Source: a virus. From it: a stretch of DNA of 64,000 bases. Both the position numbers and the translations under genes were made by a program. Position 1 is the first letter of the stretch. Every line of letters begins with the position of its first letter. Shown here piece after piece: positions 35,881 to 46,007 of the stretch. The stretch spans positions 1-64,000 of IMG/VR virus record IMGVR_UViG_3300006734_000008, one strand, 5' to 3'. The notes under the pieces were generated by a model, which was not told the origin of the DNA, did not search any database, and was given only the letters and a program-made list of their open reading frames with translations.

Positions 35881-36414
35881 ATGGCTAGTTTAAATCGAGG
35901 GCTTAGAAAGCTCAAAAGAGTTGTCAAACAGGTTACAAGTAAAAGACAAGATGTCTTAAAACCTTATGAACAACAACTAACTGATATTCTTGGGCACGGC
36001 TGGGCTGTTGTCAGAGATTACGGGAATGGTTATACCTTTAAGTTAAACTATGGGTATGATTACTCAAGTAGGCAGACTTTCAGATTACTCACTCTTAGTG
36101 GTAAAGTAATTTCAGAATTTACCATGAGACAAATGCCCGGATGTTGTGGAATAGTTGTCTCTACAGGGTCTACTGTAGACCCAAAGTACAGAGGTAAAGG
36201 TATTGGTACTATTCTTAATGAACTTCGTAAAGACATAGCGAGAGCTAATGGATTTGGATGTTTAATGTGTACCACTATCCTCAGTAATACACCACAACAA
36301 AAAATTTTGGAACGTAATGAATGGGAACTCGTCAATACGTTCAATAACCCTAGAACAGGGAATGATTTAGGAGTTCATATTTACAATCTCAATGAACAGG
36401 ACCGTAACACATGA
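35881..36414 (+). CDS. GNAT-fold acyltransferase-like protein
   Basis: GCCGIVVSTGSTVDPKYRGKGIGTILNEL resembles GNAT motif A (R-x-x-G-x-G); real start taken after tmRNA 3' end (MASLNRG). Confidence 0.45.
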   Translation: MASLNRGLRKLKRVVKQVTSKRQDVLKPYEQQLTDILGHGWAVVRDYGNGYTFKLNYGYDYSSRQTFRLLTLSGKVISEFTMRQMPGCCGIVVSTGSTVDPKYRGKGIGTILNELRKDIARANGFGCLMCTTILSNTPQQKILERNEWELVNTFNNPRTGNDLGVHIYNLNEQDRNT

Positions 36415-36670
36415 AGACATTCTGCACCTGAGGCCAGGACAGATTCTACGCCAAGAGTTTCCCTCGCGGAGGCTTCGTAGATATAAGATGCCTACAGGCA
36501 ACAACAGAAAAATCACAAGAGGTAGAAAGAAAAGCCATGTAATTGTGCCTATTTGGAAAACCTCTAACAAGGAACTGAGAAAGGAGCTTAATTTGGATTA
36601 TGAAGTCAATGTACTACATAAATTCCGAACTAAAATGCTTCACCTCATAACTGTAGTAAGATGGAGATAA
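36392..36670 (+). CDS. small basic protein
   Basis: 92 aa, Arg/Lys-rich. Confidence 0.3.
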   Translation: MNRTVTHEDILHLRPGQILRQEFPSRRLRRYKMPTGNNRKITRGRKKSHVIVPIWKTSNKELRKELNLDYEVNVLHKFRTKMLHLITVVRWR

Positions 36671-37329
36671 ATTGTCGTGATTTAAAGCTTAAAGTAGGAC
36701 ATTGGTATATTTGTAAGTATATCTATCCCTCAATTGCTTCTGACACTGCATATGATGTATTTAAAGGGTTACTCATTGACATTAATGGTGATAAAGTAAC
36801 CTTTGAAGATACTGATGGATATGGAGAAAGTATATACGAAAATGGTAAAGTTTACGATCGTCTTAAGACAAGTCCAGTATACTATGATGAGGAGCGAGAT
36901 AAAACTATTTTTGAAAATGGTTTAGTAATCTTAGGCACTGCTAAAACTAAGGCTGAGGCAGAAGCTATCCGTAATATGTGTATATTCGCAAGTGTTACAA
37001 CTTCACAGAATTACAGGTTAGCTCCTAAAATTACACAAGGGGGTACTCTTAGATATTTTGCTGCTGAACAAGTTCCAGATTGTTGTGGAGCTACTGTTAT
37101 TTCAGATTTTGCTCATAATGTGAAAGGGGGCACTGGTAAGATAACAAGTGAGGAACGTGAAATCTTAGAAGAGATAACTAAAATGAGGACTCACAACATT
37201 GTCTATCTAAGAAGAGATAGTCAAAAAGCCCAAATTGATGCCCTAATCTATTTTGGTTTTAGAGAAATAGACAGTTTTGTAAACAAAAACACTGGGCATG
37301 AAATTGTCGTATTGTCATACAAAAGTTAG
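36661..37329 (+). CDS. GNAT-like paralog of 35881-36414
   Basis: Shares DCCGATVIS...KGGTGKITSEE core with upstream paralog (CCG plus Gly-rich loop). Confidence 0.4.
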   Translation: MEINCRDLKLKVGHWYICKYIYPSIASDTAYDVFKGLLIDINGDKVTFEDTDGYGESIYENGKVYDRLKTSPVYYDEERDKTIFENGLVILGTAKTKAEAEAIRNMCIFASVTTSQNYRLAPKITQGGTLRYFAAEQVPDCCGATVISDFAHNVKGGTGKITSEEREILEEITKMRTHNIVYLRRDSQKAQIDALIYFGFREIDSFVNKNTGHEIVVLSYKS

Positions 37330-37338
37330 GAGGAATTA

Positions 37339-39315
37339 GTGATATATTTTGTAGGAGATTCGGAGAAGAGAGAGTCCATTCCCCTTGCATCTATTGAAGA
37401 TGCATTAAAATATTTTGAAGATAAGGAGTTTGTTGAAGTTGACACAGAGACTGAGGGTTTTGACCCTTGGACTAAAAATCTATTGTGTTGGCAGATAGGT
37501 GACGGAAATACTCAATTTGTAATTAGTGAAAAGGATTATCCTATTGCTGATTATAAAGAGTTTTTTGAACAGTCAGATAAAACATACTTATTTCAAAATG
37601 CAAAATTTGATTTGAGATTCTTATTCATGAATAATATTGTCTGCACTAAAGTGTATGATACATATCTCGTGGAAAGAATGCTTAATTTAGGTAAACCAAG
37701 ATTCCTTAGAATGAGTCTTGATGCCTTGGTTAAAAGATACTGCAACGTTGAGCTTAGTAAGGAAGTGCGTGGTCAAATTCATTACCGTGGGCTAGACGAC
37801 ACTGTAATTACTTATGCGGGACGTGATGTTAAGTATCTTAATCAAATTCGCACAGAGCAGATGAAGAAAGTAAAGAGACTAGGTTTAGAGAGGGCTATTC
37901 GCCTTCAAAATTCCTATTGTCCTGTACTTGCTTACTGTGAATTCTGTGGATTTAAATTGGACAAGGAGAAGTGGTTATCTCTATACAAAAGGAATATTGA
38001 AAAGCTAGAGAAGGTTGAAAAAGAGTTGGATGATTATATCATAAGAGATTTTCCAAAGTATCAAGAAAAACAGTTGGACATGTTCCTACCTGTTGGTTCT
38101 GCTATCAATTGGAATAGTTCTCACCAAGTCATTCCCTTCTTTGAGGATTTAGGTTTAGACCTAATAGTTGAAAAAGATGGAAAGAAATCCAAAAGTATCG
38201 AGGCCCCTGTAATAAGACCTCAAAAGGATAAACATCCTATCTTACCTGTGTATCTTAGGTACAAAGGTTTGCAAAAACAAGTATCTACTTATGGTACTAA
38301 TGTAACTGACCAGATTAATCCTGCCTCTGGTAGACTGCATACACAGTTTACTCAAATAATGGACACTATGAGACTCAGTTCTGGTGGTAAAGATTCTAGT
38401 ACAGGTGTACAGACTCTAAACTTCCAAAATATCCCTGCTGCAGAAGAAGTAAGAAGTTGCTTTGTTGCAGAAGAGGGTAATACTCTTGTTGTAGCTGACT
38501 ATTCAGGACAAGAGCAGATTGTATTAGCCAATCAGTCTATGGATGAGGGATTGTTGCATTTCTATGCACAGAATCTTGGAGATATGCACAGTTTTGTTGC
38601 TTCTAAGATATTCCCTGAGTTGAAAGGTTTATCTCTTAAGGAGATTAAAGCCAATTATCCTGAATTAAGACAGATTGCTAAAGCTGCAGGTTTTGCCATT
38701 AACTATGGTGGTAATGGTTGGACAATATCAAACAATTTATCTATTCCTATTGAACAGGGAGAAGCTGTATACAAAGCTTACTTTGATGCCTTCCCAGGTC
38801 TAAATGACTATTTCAAGAAGAAGAAAGATGAGTTATGGAAAAAGGGATATATTCTATTTAATGAGGTAGACCAATCCAAACTATTCTTTGATAAGCAATG
38901 GTTTGATACAGAACAAGAGAAACTCACTCCAGAATTTTGGGATGAGTACAGATACCATAAAGAAAAAGACGATGAATACTTTCATAGAGAGTTAAGACCA
39001 GTCGTTAGCACTTTTTATAGACAGAAAGCTGCAATTGAGAGAAAAGCATTGAACTATCCTATTCAAGGAACTTCAGCGAGTATCACAAAAGTAGCAGGTA
39101 TACTATTTCTCAACAAGTTGATAGAGCAGAACTTACTGTTTACAGTTAAGATTTGTAACTTCATTCATGATGAGATTGTAGTGGAATGCCCTGAAGAAAT
39201 TGCTGAACACGTCTCAAATCTTTTAAAAGTATGCATGGAAAATGCAGGTAACTACTACTGTAAAGTAGTTCCTCTACAAGCTGAACCTCAAATAACTTCC
39301 TATTGGAAACATTAA
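37339..39315 (+). CDS. polA: DNA polymerase I (family A) with 3'-5' exonuclease domain
   Basis: Exo I EVDTETEG; Pol motif A DYSGQEQIVLA, motif B RQIAKAAGFAINYG, motif C HDEIVVE. Confidence 0.85.
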   Translation: MIYFVGDSEKRESIPLASIEDALKYFEDKEFVEVDTETEGFDPWTKNLLCWQIGDGNTQFVISEKDYPIADYKEFFEQSDKTYLFQNAKFDLRFLFMNNIVCTKVYDTYLVERMLNLGKPRFLRMSLDALVKRYCNVELSKEVRGQIHYRGLDDTVITYAGRDVKYLNQIRTEQMKKVKRLGLERAIRLQNSYCPVLAYCEFCGFKLDKEKWLSLYKRNIEKLEKVEKELDDYIIRDFPKYQEKQLDMFLPVGSAINWNSSHQVIPFFEDLGLDLIVEKDGKKSKSIEAPVIRPQKDKHPILPVYLRYKGLQKQVSTYGTNVTDQINPASGRLHTQFTQIMDTMRLSSGGKDSSTGVQTLNFQNIPAAEEVRSCFVAEEGNTLVVADYSGQEQIVLANQSMDEGLLHFYAQNLGDMHSFVASKIFPELKGLSLKEIKANYPELRQIAKAAGFAINYGGNGWTISNNLSIPIEQGEAVYKAYFDAFPGLNDYFKKKKDELWKKGYILFNEVDQSKLFFDKQWFDTEQEKLTPEFWDEYRYHKEKDDEYFHRELRPVVSTFYRQKAAIERKALNYPIQGTSASITKVAGILFLNKLIEQNLLFTVKICNFIHDEIVVECPEEIAEHVSNLLKVCMENAGNYYCKVVPLQAEPQITSYWKH

Positions 39316-39906
39316 ATGTTAGATGTTCAGAATCAATTCTTATCTAAGTTGATTAAAGACCCTAATTTGGGTATTGTTAATCAGTTTTTGACAAGAATGG
39401 AAAAATATCATAGCTTCGACACTAATCTGTTTGAAGAATTTATGATGGTGTACTCATTATGTAAAGTTCTTGATGAACAAATGAGTACTTTCAAACCAAA
39501 TCTGCCTGTTTTGGTCACTCAGAATACTACTGACCAAATAGGATTATTAGGTTTAATGCTAGCTTTGTACACATCAGCTGACAAAGTTATTACATTTATG
39601 CCTAACCACGAGAAACGCAATGCAGTTCAAGCATTTCTGAATGAAACAAAGCTTGCTAATGAGATTGTAATAACCTCATTAGTAGCTACTTCAGCAGTAT
39701 TTGAAGGCAGCGTTAAGGATTATAAGTACCAACAAGTGTGTCAAGTAGAATTTTTAGGTCAACGTTACAACCTGAATATTCCACAGACATCATTTTTTCT
39801 TAGTCTAAATTGTATTCCAGAGTTAGATTTAGGAACTGTAGAAAATTATGATAGCTTTGGTAACAGGGTTTCAGTTTTATGTAACGACAATTATTCTCCA
39901 TTCTAA
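39316..39906 (+). CDS. hypothetical protein
   Basis: 196-aa ORF. Confidence 0.4.
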   Translation: MLDVQNQFLSKLIKDPNLGIVNQFLTRMEKYHSFDTNLFEEFMMVYSLCKVLDEQMSTFKPNLPVLVTQNTTDQIGLLGLMLALYTSADKVITFMPNHEKRNAVQAFLNETKLANEIVITSLVATSAVFEGSVKDYKYQQVCQVEFLGQRYNLNIPQTSFFLSLNCIPELDLGTVENYDSFGNRVSVLCNDNYSPF

Positions 39907-40430
39907 TGAGCAGAGATAGTAGAAGATTTAGGGCAGCTATACTTCCTTATTTCAGAGAAGAGTATCATCCACAAATCCAAGTTGAAATAACAACAAACAG
40001 ATTCAGACTAGGAACAACAGGTTTGGATGTGTTAATAGGGTTTAATATAACTACTCTTGCAGGTTCATGTGGTACAAAGTTCATTTCTCAATATGCTATG
40101 AACACAGAAAGATTGAACATTATGTTAGACTCTAGAAGAACTACAAAAAGTCTTCTAGAACGTATCTTTTCTGAATTCTATAAGCCTATGGAGGATATAT
40201 GGTCACTGAAAAGGGCAACTGGGCAATTTCTCATGTCAAATAATGAGATAAAAGCTCCAGAATTTGCAGCAGATGTAAGGAAAATTGCAAATAAGATTCA
40301 GGAGAGTTACAATCCTAATTCAAAAAGGAAAGTGACTATCTATGTTATTGATTTAGGTATATGCAAGAAAAGGATAGAGTCCAAAAAGAAGCATTACAAG
40401 CAGTCACGTCGCAAGGCGGTAGTGGCTTAG
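39906..40430 (+). CDS. hypothetical protein
   Basis: 174-aa ORF. Confidence 0.4.
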   Translation: MSRDSRRFRAAILPYFREEYHPQIQVEITTNRFRLGTTGLDVLIGFNITTLAGSCGTKFISQYAMNTERLNIMLDSRRTTKSLLERIFSEFYKPMEDIWSLKRATGQFLMSNNEIKAPEFAADVRKIANKIQESYNPNSKRKVTIYVIDLGICKKRIESKKKHYKQSRRKAVVA

Positions 40431-41466
40431 TAGCTATGGCTACAGGAACTGGTAAAACAAAAGTAGGAATTGACTACGTTGAATTGCTAAAGAACAAGGG
40501 AAGAGGAGAATCCTTTGGGTTGTACCCACAGAGAAACTCCGAGATGAAGGGATTAAACAAGAATTTGTTAAGTGGGGTTCTGATTTCAGCAAAGTCCATC
40601 TCGTATGTTATGCCAGTCTCAACAAACTAGAGGGTTATGAATTTGACCTAGTAGTTCTTGATGAATGTCATAGAATTACTGAAAACAATTATCAATTTTT
40701 TCAACAGAACAAGGTAGGAAATACCATTGGTTTGTCTGCAACACCACCTCATGAAGAGGTTAAAAGGTCATTGTTAGAGTCTATTGGTTTAAAAGTGGTT
40801 TACCATTTACCATTAGATGAAGCAGTTGCTTTAGGAATAGCAGCACCATATAAAATCAAGATTATAGAGTCTTTCTTAGATGATAAAGAGAAGTATATCT
40901 TAGCTGGTAATAAGAAGAATCGTTTTTATACGACCGAAATGCAGCAGTATCAATACTTGTCTAATCAAATAAGGAGAATAATGTTCTCAGGTAAGGATGT
41001 ACCTAAGTACTTATACCTTAACAGAATGAGATTTATCTATAATTTGAGAAGTAAGCATAATGTAGCCACTAGGTTATTGGCTTCACTTCCAAAAGAAGAC
41101 CGAATCCTTATATTCCATAAATCAATTCCTAGAATTGATGAGTTGTGTGCTCACACTTTTCATTCTAAGACTAATGATGAGGCATATAAGAAGTTCATAG
41201 AGGGCAAAATAAGCCGTTTAGGAGTAGCTGATAAGGTCAATGAAGGTACTAACATACCTAATGTCGATAAAGCCCTTGTAGTGCAATTAAATAGCCAACC
41301 AAGAGAACTTATCCAACGTCTTGGACGTATCGTAAGATGGAGAGAGGGACATCAAGCAGAATTTTATATTATGCAGGTGTTACAAACTCAGGATGAGAAA
41401 TGGGTAGCTAAAGCATTGCAGGACTTAGATGGACCTGTTGAATACATAAATGCAAAAAACATTTAG
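40361..41466 (+). CDS. SF2 DExH-box helicase, interrupted by a -1 frame change near 40483-40520
   Basis: Motif I MATGTGKTK in frame of 40361; motifs Ia ILWVVPT, II DECH, III SAT, VI QRLGRIVRW in the frame of 40732; both frames are open across 40483-40630. Confidence 0.55.
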
Positions 41467-42122
41467 TGGAACAACTGAACGTTTATGTTGTAGGAGGAGC
41501 TTTAAGCTATATAGGTGTCTTAAATGGCTTAGATATTAAGCCTAGAGATACTAAAGTACTAACTGAGGCAGATTTAGTTCTGTTTACTGGTGGTGCTGAT
41601 GTGTCACCTAAGTACTATGGTGAAAAGTTTCACCCAACAACATATGCAAACCCAAAACGTGATGAATTAGAGGCAAGAGTCTTTGCTATGGCATCAGCTA
41701 TGAAAATACCTATGTTGGGTATTTGTAGAGGTTCGCAGTTTCTTACAGTCATGAATGGTGGAAAACTAGTGCAAAATGTGTCCAGTCACGCAATGGTTGG
41801 AAAGCACTCAGTTAGATTCAATAAGAAGAATAATGGCGTTAAAATTGCCATGACTTCTACACATCACCAAATGATGTATCCATATAATCTACCAAAGGAT
41901 GAATATGAATTAGTTGCTTGGGCAGAACCAAGCCGTAGCTCCTTGTATGAGCGTGGTGATGGAGAAACCTATACTGTTCAAAATGAGCCTGAGATAGTTT
42001 ACTATCCAAAAAGTAACTCTTTGGCTATTCAAGGACATCCAGAAAGACAACTCAGTGATGGAATTGTCATGGGAGTAATGGGTTACATCATCAACAAGTA
42101 TCTATTTGATGAAATTCTTTAA
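41466..42122 (+). CDS. class-I glutamine amidotransferase-like / peptidase C26 (gamma-glutamyl hydrolase-type) protein
   Basis: Catalytic triad context GICRGSQFL (Cys) and IQGHPE (His-Glu). Confidence 0.55.
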   Translation: MEQLNVYVVGGALSYIGVLNGLDIKPRDTKVLTEADLVLFTGGADVSPKYYGEKFHPTTYANPKRDELEARVFAMASAMKIPMLGICRGSQFLTVMNGGKLVQNVSSHAMVGKHSVRFNKKNNGVKIAMTSTHHQMMYPYNLPKDEYELVAWAEPSRSSLYERGDGETYTVQNEPEIVYYPKSNSLAIQGHPERQLSDGIVMGVMGYIINKYLFDEIL

Positions 42123-42855
42123 TAAGATTCGTATGGGCAAAGCTGGGAATTTTAGAGTAGAAGGTGGTGTATTAAATGAAAAGGGAAAGTTTGATTCAAA
42201 TCCTGCAACACAAGCGTGTTTTTCTTTTATAAAAAGACATTGTGATGATAGGAAGGAAATCCTTTTTCATACTAAGGGGGGAGAGACTCCAGAGATAACT
42301 GAACAATTAGTTAAAATCATCAATTTAATCACACCATGTGAGATAATTGAACCAGATTTTAACAAACTTAAGCCTGAGTATAAACTTAACGATAACTGGG
42401 GAAAACATCTTGATACGCTTTATAACAATCAAATAGGAATAATCACTCAAAAGTCAACAGTATGGATTAAGTACAAGCTTTTACTTAGTTATAAACATAA
42501 CTTGATTTTATTGAATTTCTTTCGAAGTCTCTGGTATATGCCTAGAGATACTGGAAAGAGTCGTAGACACTTGTTTCAGAATGCTAAGTTTTTTAAAGGA
42601 TTGTTTAAATTCGATGTTGAAAAGCATGACCCTATGAGTTTTTTACTAACTCTATGGGATAATTGTTTACACAAAAAGCGAGTATTCACTACTGAGGAAT
42701 TTAATCACTCTAATGTTACTGCAAAATCAATTAAAACTGGTCTTACAGTAGAGGAATTTCTTAGAGAAGCTAATGATGAGAGGTATAAGCAATCAACTGA
42801 TGGATGGTCTAGTGACCATAAAATAACAACACAAGCCAAAATCATATGCCACTGA
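42106..42855 (+). CDS. hypothetical protein
   Basis: 249-aa ORF. Confidence 0.4.
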   Translation: MMKFFNKIRMGKAGNFRVEGGVLNEKGKFDSNPATQACFSFIKRHCDDRKEILFHTKGGETPEITEQLVKIINLITPCEIIEPDFNKLKPEYKLNDNWGKHLDTLYNNQIGIITQKSTVWIKYKLLLSYKHNLILLNFFRSLWYMPRDTGKSRRHLFQNAKFFKGLFKFDVEKHDPMSFLLTLWDNCLHKKRVFTTEEFNHSNVTAKSIKTGLTVEEFLREANDERYKQSTDGWSSDHKITTQAKIICH

Positions 42856-43052
42856 TTAGTAAAAAGGTTGAGACTGTTGATGAGTTTTTTATCAGACAAT
42901 CTCAAGAAAGAAGAAAGGAATATGACGCTGCAAAGGAACAAGCAATGCTTGATATGCAGGATGAAGACCTTCGCGATGAATTTGAGGAACAAATGTTCCT
43001 TGAACGGTACAATAATTTTGTTTATTAGTAAAAAAAGGAGTACATTTGTAAA

Positions 43053-43538
43053 ATGGATAATGATAAATTACTTCAATTGTGCGATGTTCTTGGAGTGCTT
43101 AGGCAACTTGAGAATAGAGGATATGTTGAAAGAGGAGATGGAGAAGTAATTTTCACAAAGAGAGCAGAAGAAGCTCTCGCAGAGGTGAATGCTAAAAAGT
43201 TAACACCTAAGTTGAAAGAAGTTGTTGAATGGATAGATGAATACAGAAGTCTATTCCCTTCAGGAGTAAGAAGTGGAGGTTATCTAGTCAAGGGTTCTAA
43301 ACAAGCTTGCATCAAAAAGATGCGTCAGTTTTTGAAAGAATACCCTGAATATGATAAAGACCTTATACTCGAAGCAACACACCGCTATGTAGAAAGAAAA
43401 GCCAGGGAAAACTACAAGTATATGCAGTTGGCACACTATTTCATTTTAAAAGATGGAGCATCCAATTTGGCTGCAGAGTGTGAACAAATTGCAGATGGTT
43501 TTGTAGAGCCTGAAAACCCATTTGAACAAACAATGTAG
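43053..43538 (+). CDS. hypothetical protein
   Basis: 161-aa ORF. Confidence 0.4.
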   Translation: MDNDKLLQLCDVLGVLRQLENRGYVERGDGEVIFTKRAEEALAEVNAKKLTPKLKEVVEWIDEYRSLFPSGVRSGGYLVKGSKQACIKKMRQFLKEYPEYDKDLILEATHRYVERKARENYKYMQLAHYFILKDGASNLAAECEQIADGFVEPENPFEQTM

Positions 43539-44637
43539 TATGTTTAAGGATACGTTAAGTAAAATTAGGCAATCTGCAGAAAATTTGGACAAGGGTCTTA
43601 TTAACAATATCCCATTTGCTAGCTTTCCAAAATTAGCTAGTCATGTTCCAGGAATTGTTAAAGGCTTATACTATATAGTCACGGCATCTAGTGGTATTGG
43701 GAAAACCCAGTTTACCAAGAGATTGTTCGTATTGGAACCTTACATGTTTGTTAAGGAATGTAAATCTGATGTTAAACTCAAGATTATGTACTTCGCTTTA
43801 GAAGAAAGTAAAGAAGAGTTTATGTTAGGTCTCATTAGTAACAGACTTGCTATGGTTTATAACATCCATGTTAGTGTAATTGAGTTACAATCATTCACTG
43901 ACAGACTCGACCAAAACATTATTGATAAGATTGAAGAGTGCCAAGAGTACTTTGAAGACTTTGAAAAGTATGTTGAGGTTATAGATACGGTGTATAATCC
44001 AACAGGTTTGTATAAACATGTGAGAGAATATGCTGATAGAAATGGTACGCATCACTTTAGAGATGTAGAGTACGGTGGTAAAGTTCATAAGATATATGAC
44101 TACTATGAACCTGATGACCCAAATGAGTTTGTAATTGTAATTACAGACCATGTTAGTCTCCTACAAGAGGAGAAAGATAGGGAAACTGGTCATATGATGA
44201 ACAAACACCAGACTATTAGCAAATGGTCTGCAGACTATTGCAGAAAACAAATATCCAAGAATTTTGGATATACAGTTGTTAATGTACAACAGCAAGCTGC
44301 TGAGAAAGAGAAGCAGGAATTTTACAGAGGTAACAGCGTAGAAGCTAAACTCGAACCATCTTTAGATGGACTAGCTGACAACAAGTTAACTCAGCGTGAT
44401 GCTTTTGTAGTATTGGCACTGTACGCACCTGATAGGTACGAAATTAAGAGACACCTAAAGTATGATACTTCTATATTAGGAGATAATTATAGGGCTCTTA
44501 AAGTGTTAAAAAACAGATTGGGTAGACCAAACCTCAAGGCTGGTTTATTTTTCGATGGAAAAGTAAATGAGTTCATGGAGTTACCACCACCCAATTCTAG
44601 TGAAATCGAAAATTTTTATAACAGAGAAAAAAGTTAA
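43522..44637 (+). CDS. DnaB-like replicative DNA helicase (RecA-fold domain)
   Basis: Walker A TASSGIGKTQF, Walker B-like VIVITDHVSLL, about 370 aa. Confidence 0.5.
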   Translation: MNKQCSMFKDTLSKIRQSAENLDKGLINNIPFASFPKLASHVPGIVKGLYYIVTASSGIGKTQFTKRLFVLEPYMFVKECKSDVKLKIMYFALEESKEEFMLGLISNRLAMVYNIHVSVIELQSFTDRLDQNIIDKIEECQEYFEDFEKYVEVIDTVYNPTGLYKHVREYADRNGTHHFRDVEYGGKVHKIYDYYEPDDPNEFVIVITDHVSLLQEEKDRETGHMMNKHQTISKWSADYCRKQISKNFGYTVVNVQQQAAEKEKQEFYRGNSVEAKLEPSLDGLADNKLTQRDAFVVLALYAPDRYEIKRHLKYDTSILGDNYRALKVLKNRLGRPNLKAGLFFDGKVNEFMELPPPNSSEIENFYNREKS

Positions 44638-45230
44638 TGACAGAATTAGTGAAGATGGAAGACCATAAGGACTTCTTGCAAACGTTGATTGATAGCAAGA
44701 AACTACCTGGTCATGTGAAAAGTGTAGAAGATGCATTTACAATTGCTCAAATGGGAAAGGAATTAGGATTCGCTGCAATGCAGTCATTCCATTATATCAT
44801 TCCTATCCAAGGAAAGCTGAGTTTATCAGCTAAGGGTATTGGTGCATTATTACGTAAAGGAGGAGTAGAATTTGTCACTACTGAAGATGGAGTGTATGTT
44901 TACAGTGATGGGACTACGAGTGAGTATCCCAAAGAAGGTGATGACAAACCTGTAGATAGGAGAACAACTATTGTTTTCTATCGCAATGACAAGGAAGAGA
45001 CTTGTTCTTTTACTTGGAAAGAGGCTACAGGAATGGGACTTACCACCAAGGACAATTGGAAAAAGATGCCAAAGTTCATGTTATGGGCTCGTTGTTTATC
45101 AAAGGGTGCTAACAGAGTTGGGGCAGATTTTCTATTAGGTCTGTACTGCACAGAAGAATTGTTCGACCATATGGAAGGTGTCCAAGCGGTTCGAACTGAA
45201 GAAGGAGAAATTATTGAAATTAAAGACTAA
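44637..45230 (+). CDS. hypothetical protein, possible recombination/annealing factor
   Basis: 197 aa, located between helicase and SSB; weak resemblance only. Confidence 0.25.
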   Translation: MTELVKMEDHKDFLQTLIDSKKLPGHVKSVEDAFTIAQMGKELGFAAMQSFHYIIPIQGKLSLSAKGIGALLRKGGVEFVTTEDGVYVYSDGTTSEYPKEGDDKPVDRRTTIVFYRNDKEETCSFTWKEATGMGLTTKDNWKKMPKFMLWARCLSKGANRVGADFLLGLYCTEELFDHMEGVQAVRTEEGEIIEIKD

Positions 45231-45234
45231 GACT

Positions 45235-45954
45235 ATGAATTGGGATAATATAGAATTCAGACAAGAAAGAAAGCTTTACACAGGACCGTGTAGAGTAAAA
45301 GTGGTAGCGGTTAATCCAACTAAAGATGAGCTTTGTGCTCTTCTAGGATTAGACCCAGAGAGAACTAATGACCCTACTTATGATGGTAGGATTGATGTTT
45401 ATGTTAAAAATGAAGAGCATAACATCACAACTAAGATTGCATTCTTTGTAGATGGTGATGATGTACCACCTGCAGGAAACGGTAAGATTAAGTATATCAA
45501 CCAGTATGGTAGAACTGCTTATCTTGCTAATCCAGATGACACATCTGAGTTAGATTGGTTCTCTAGAACAGGTTTGAGACCTGCCAAGAATGGAGAAGAG
45601 GAGCTTTATGCTTTCTTCATTAATTGGATTAATATTGACGCAGAGAAGGGTAAATTTGTCCTTCCTTACGAAGATATTGCCAATGGAAATATTGATGTTT
45701 TCACAGGAGCTTTAGAACGATTTGGTGACAAAGAGTTCGTGGGACTGTTAGGAGTAACTAAAGGTAAATACCAAGCAATGTATGCTAAGGACTTTGGTCG
45801 CACTTTTAACAAGAAATTCAATAAAGTTCAATGGAAAAATCATGATTTCACCACTGATTTCCAAGAGTATGTGAAACCTGCAGAACCTGACACAATGGAA
45901 GGTGAAGTAGAATTTGCTGCTAGTGGAGATGGAGGTGATGAATTACCATTCTAA
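45235..45954 (+). CDS. ssb: single-stranded DNA-binding protein
   Basis: C-terminal acidic tail GDGGDELPF matching canonical SSB D-D-D-I-P-F tip; start at ATG 45235 after upstream stop. Confidence 0.5.
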   Translation: MNWDNIEFRQERKLYTGPCRVKVVAVNPTKDELCALLGLDPERTNDPTYDGRIDVYVKNEEHNITTKIAFFVDGDDVPPAGNGKIKYINQYGRTAYLANPDDTSELDWFSRTGLRPAKNGEEELYAFFINWINIDAEKGKFVLPYEDIANGNIDVFTGALERFGDKEFVGLLGVTKGKYQAMYAKDFGRTFNKKFNKVQWKNHDFTTDFQEYVKPAEPDTMEGEVEFAASGDGGDELPF

Positions 45955-46007
45955 TCTGAACAGTAAGTACTTAATCAGGGACTCTCAAAAGGAGTCCCTT
46001 TTTTTGT

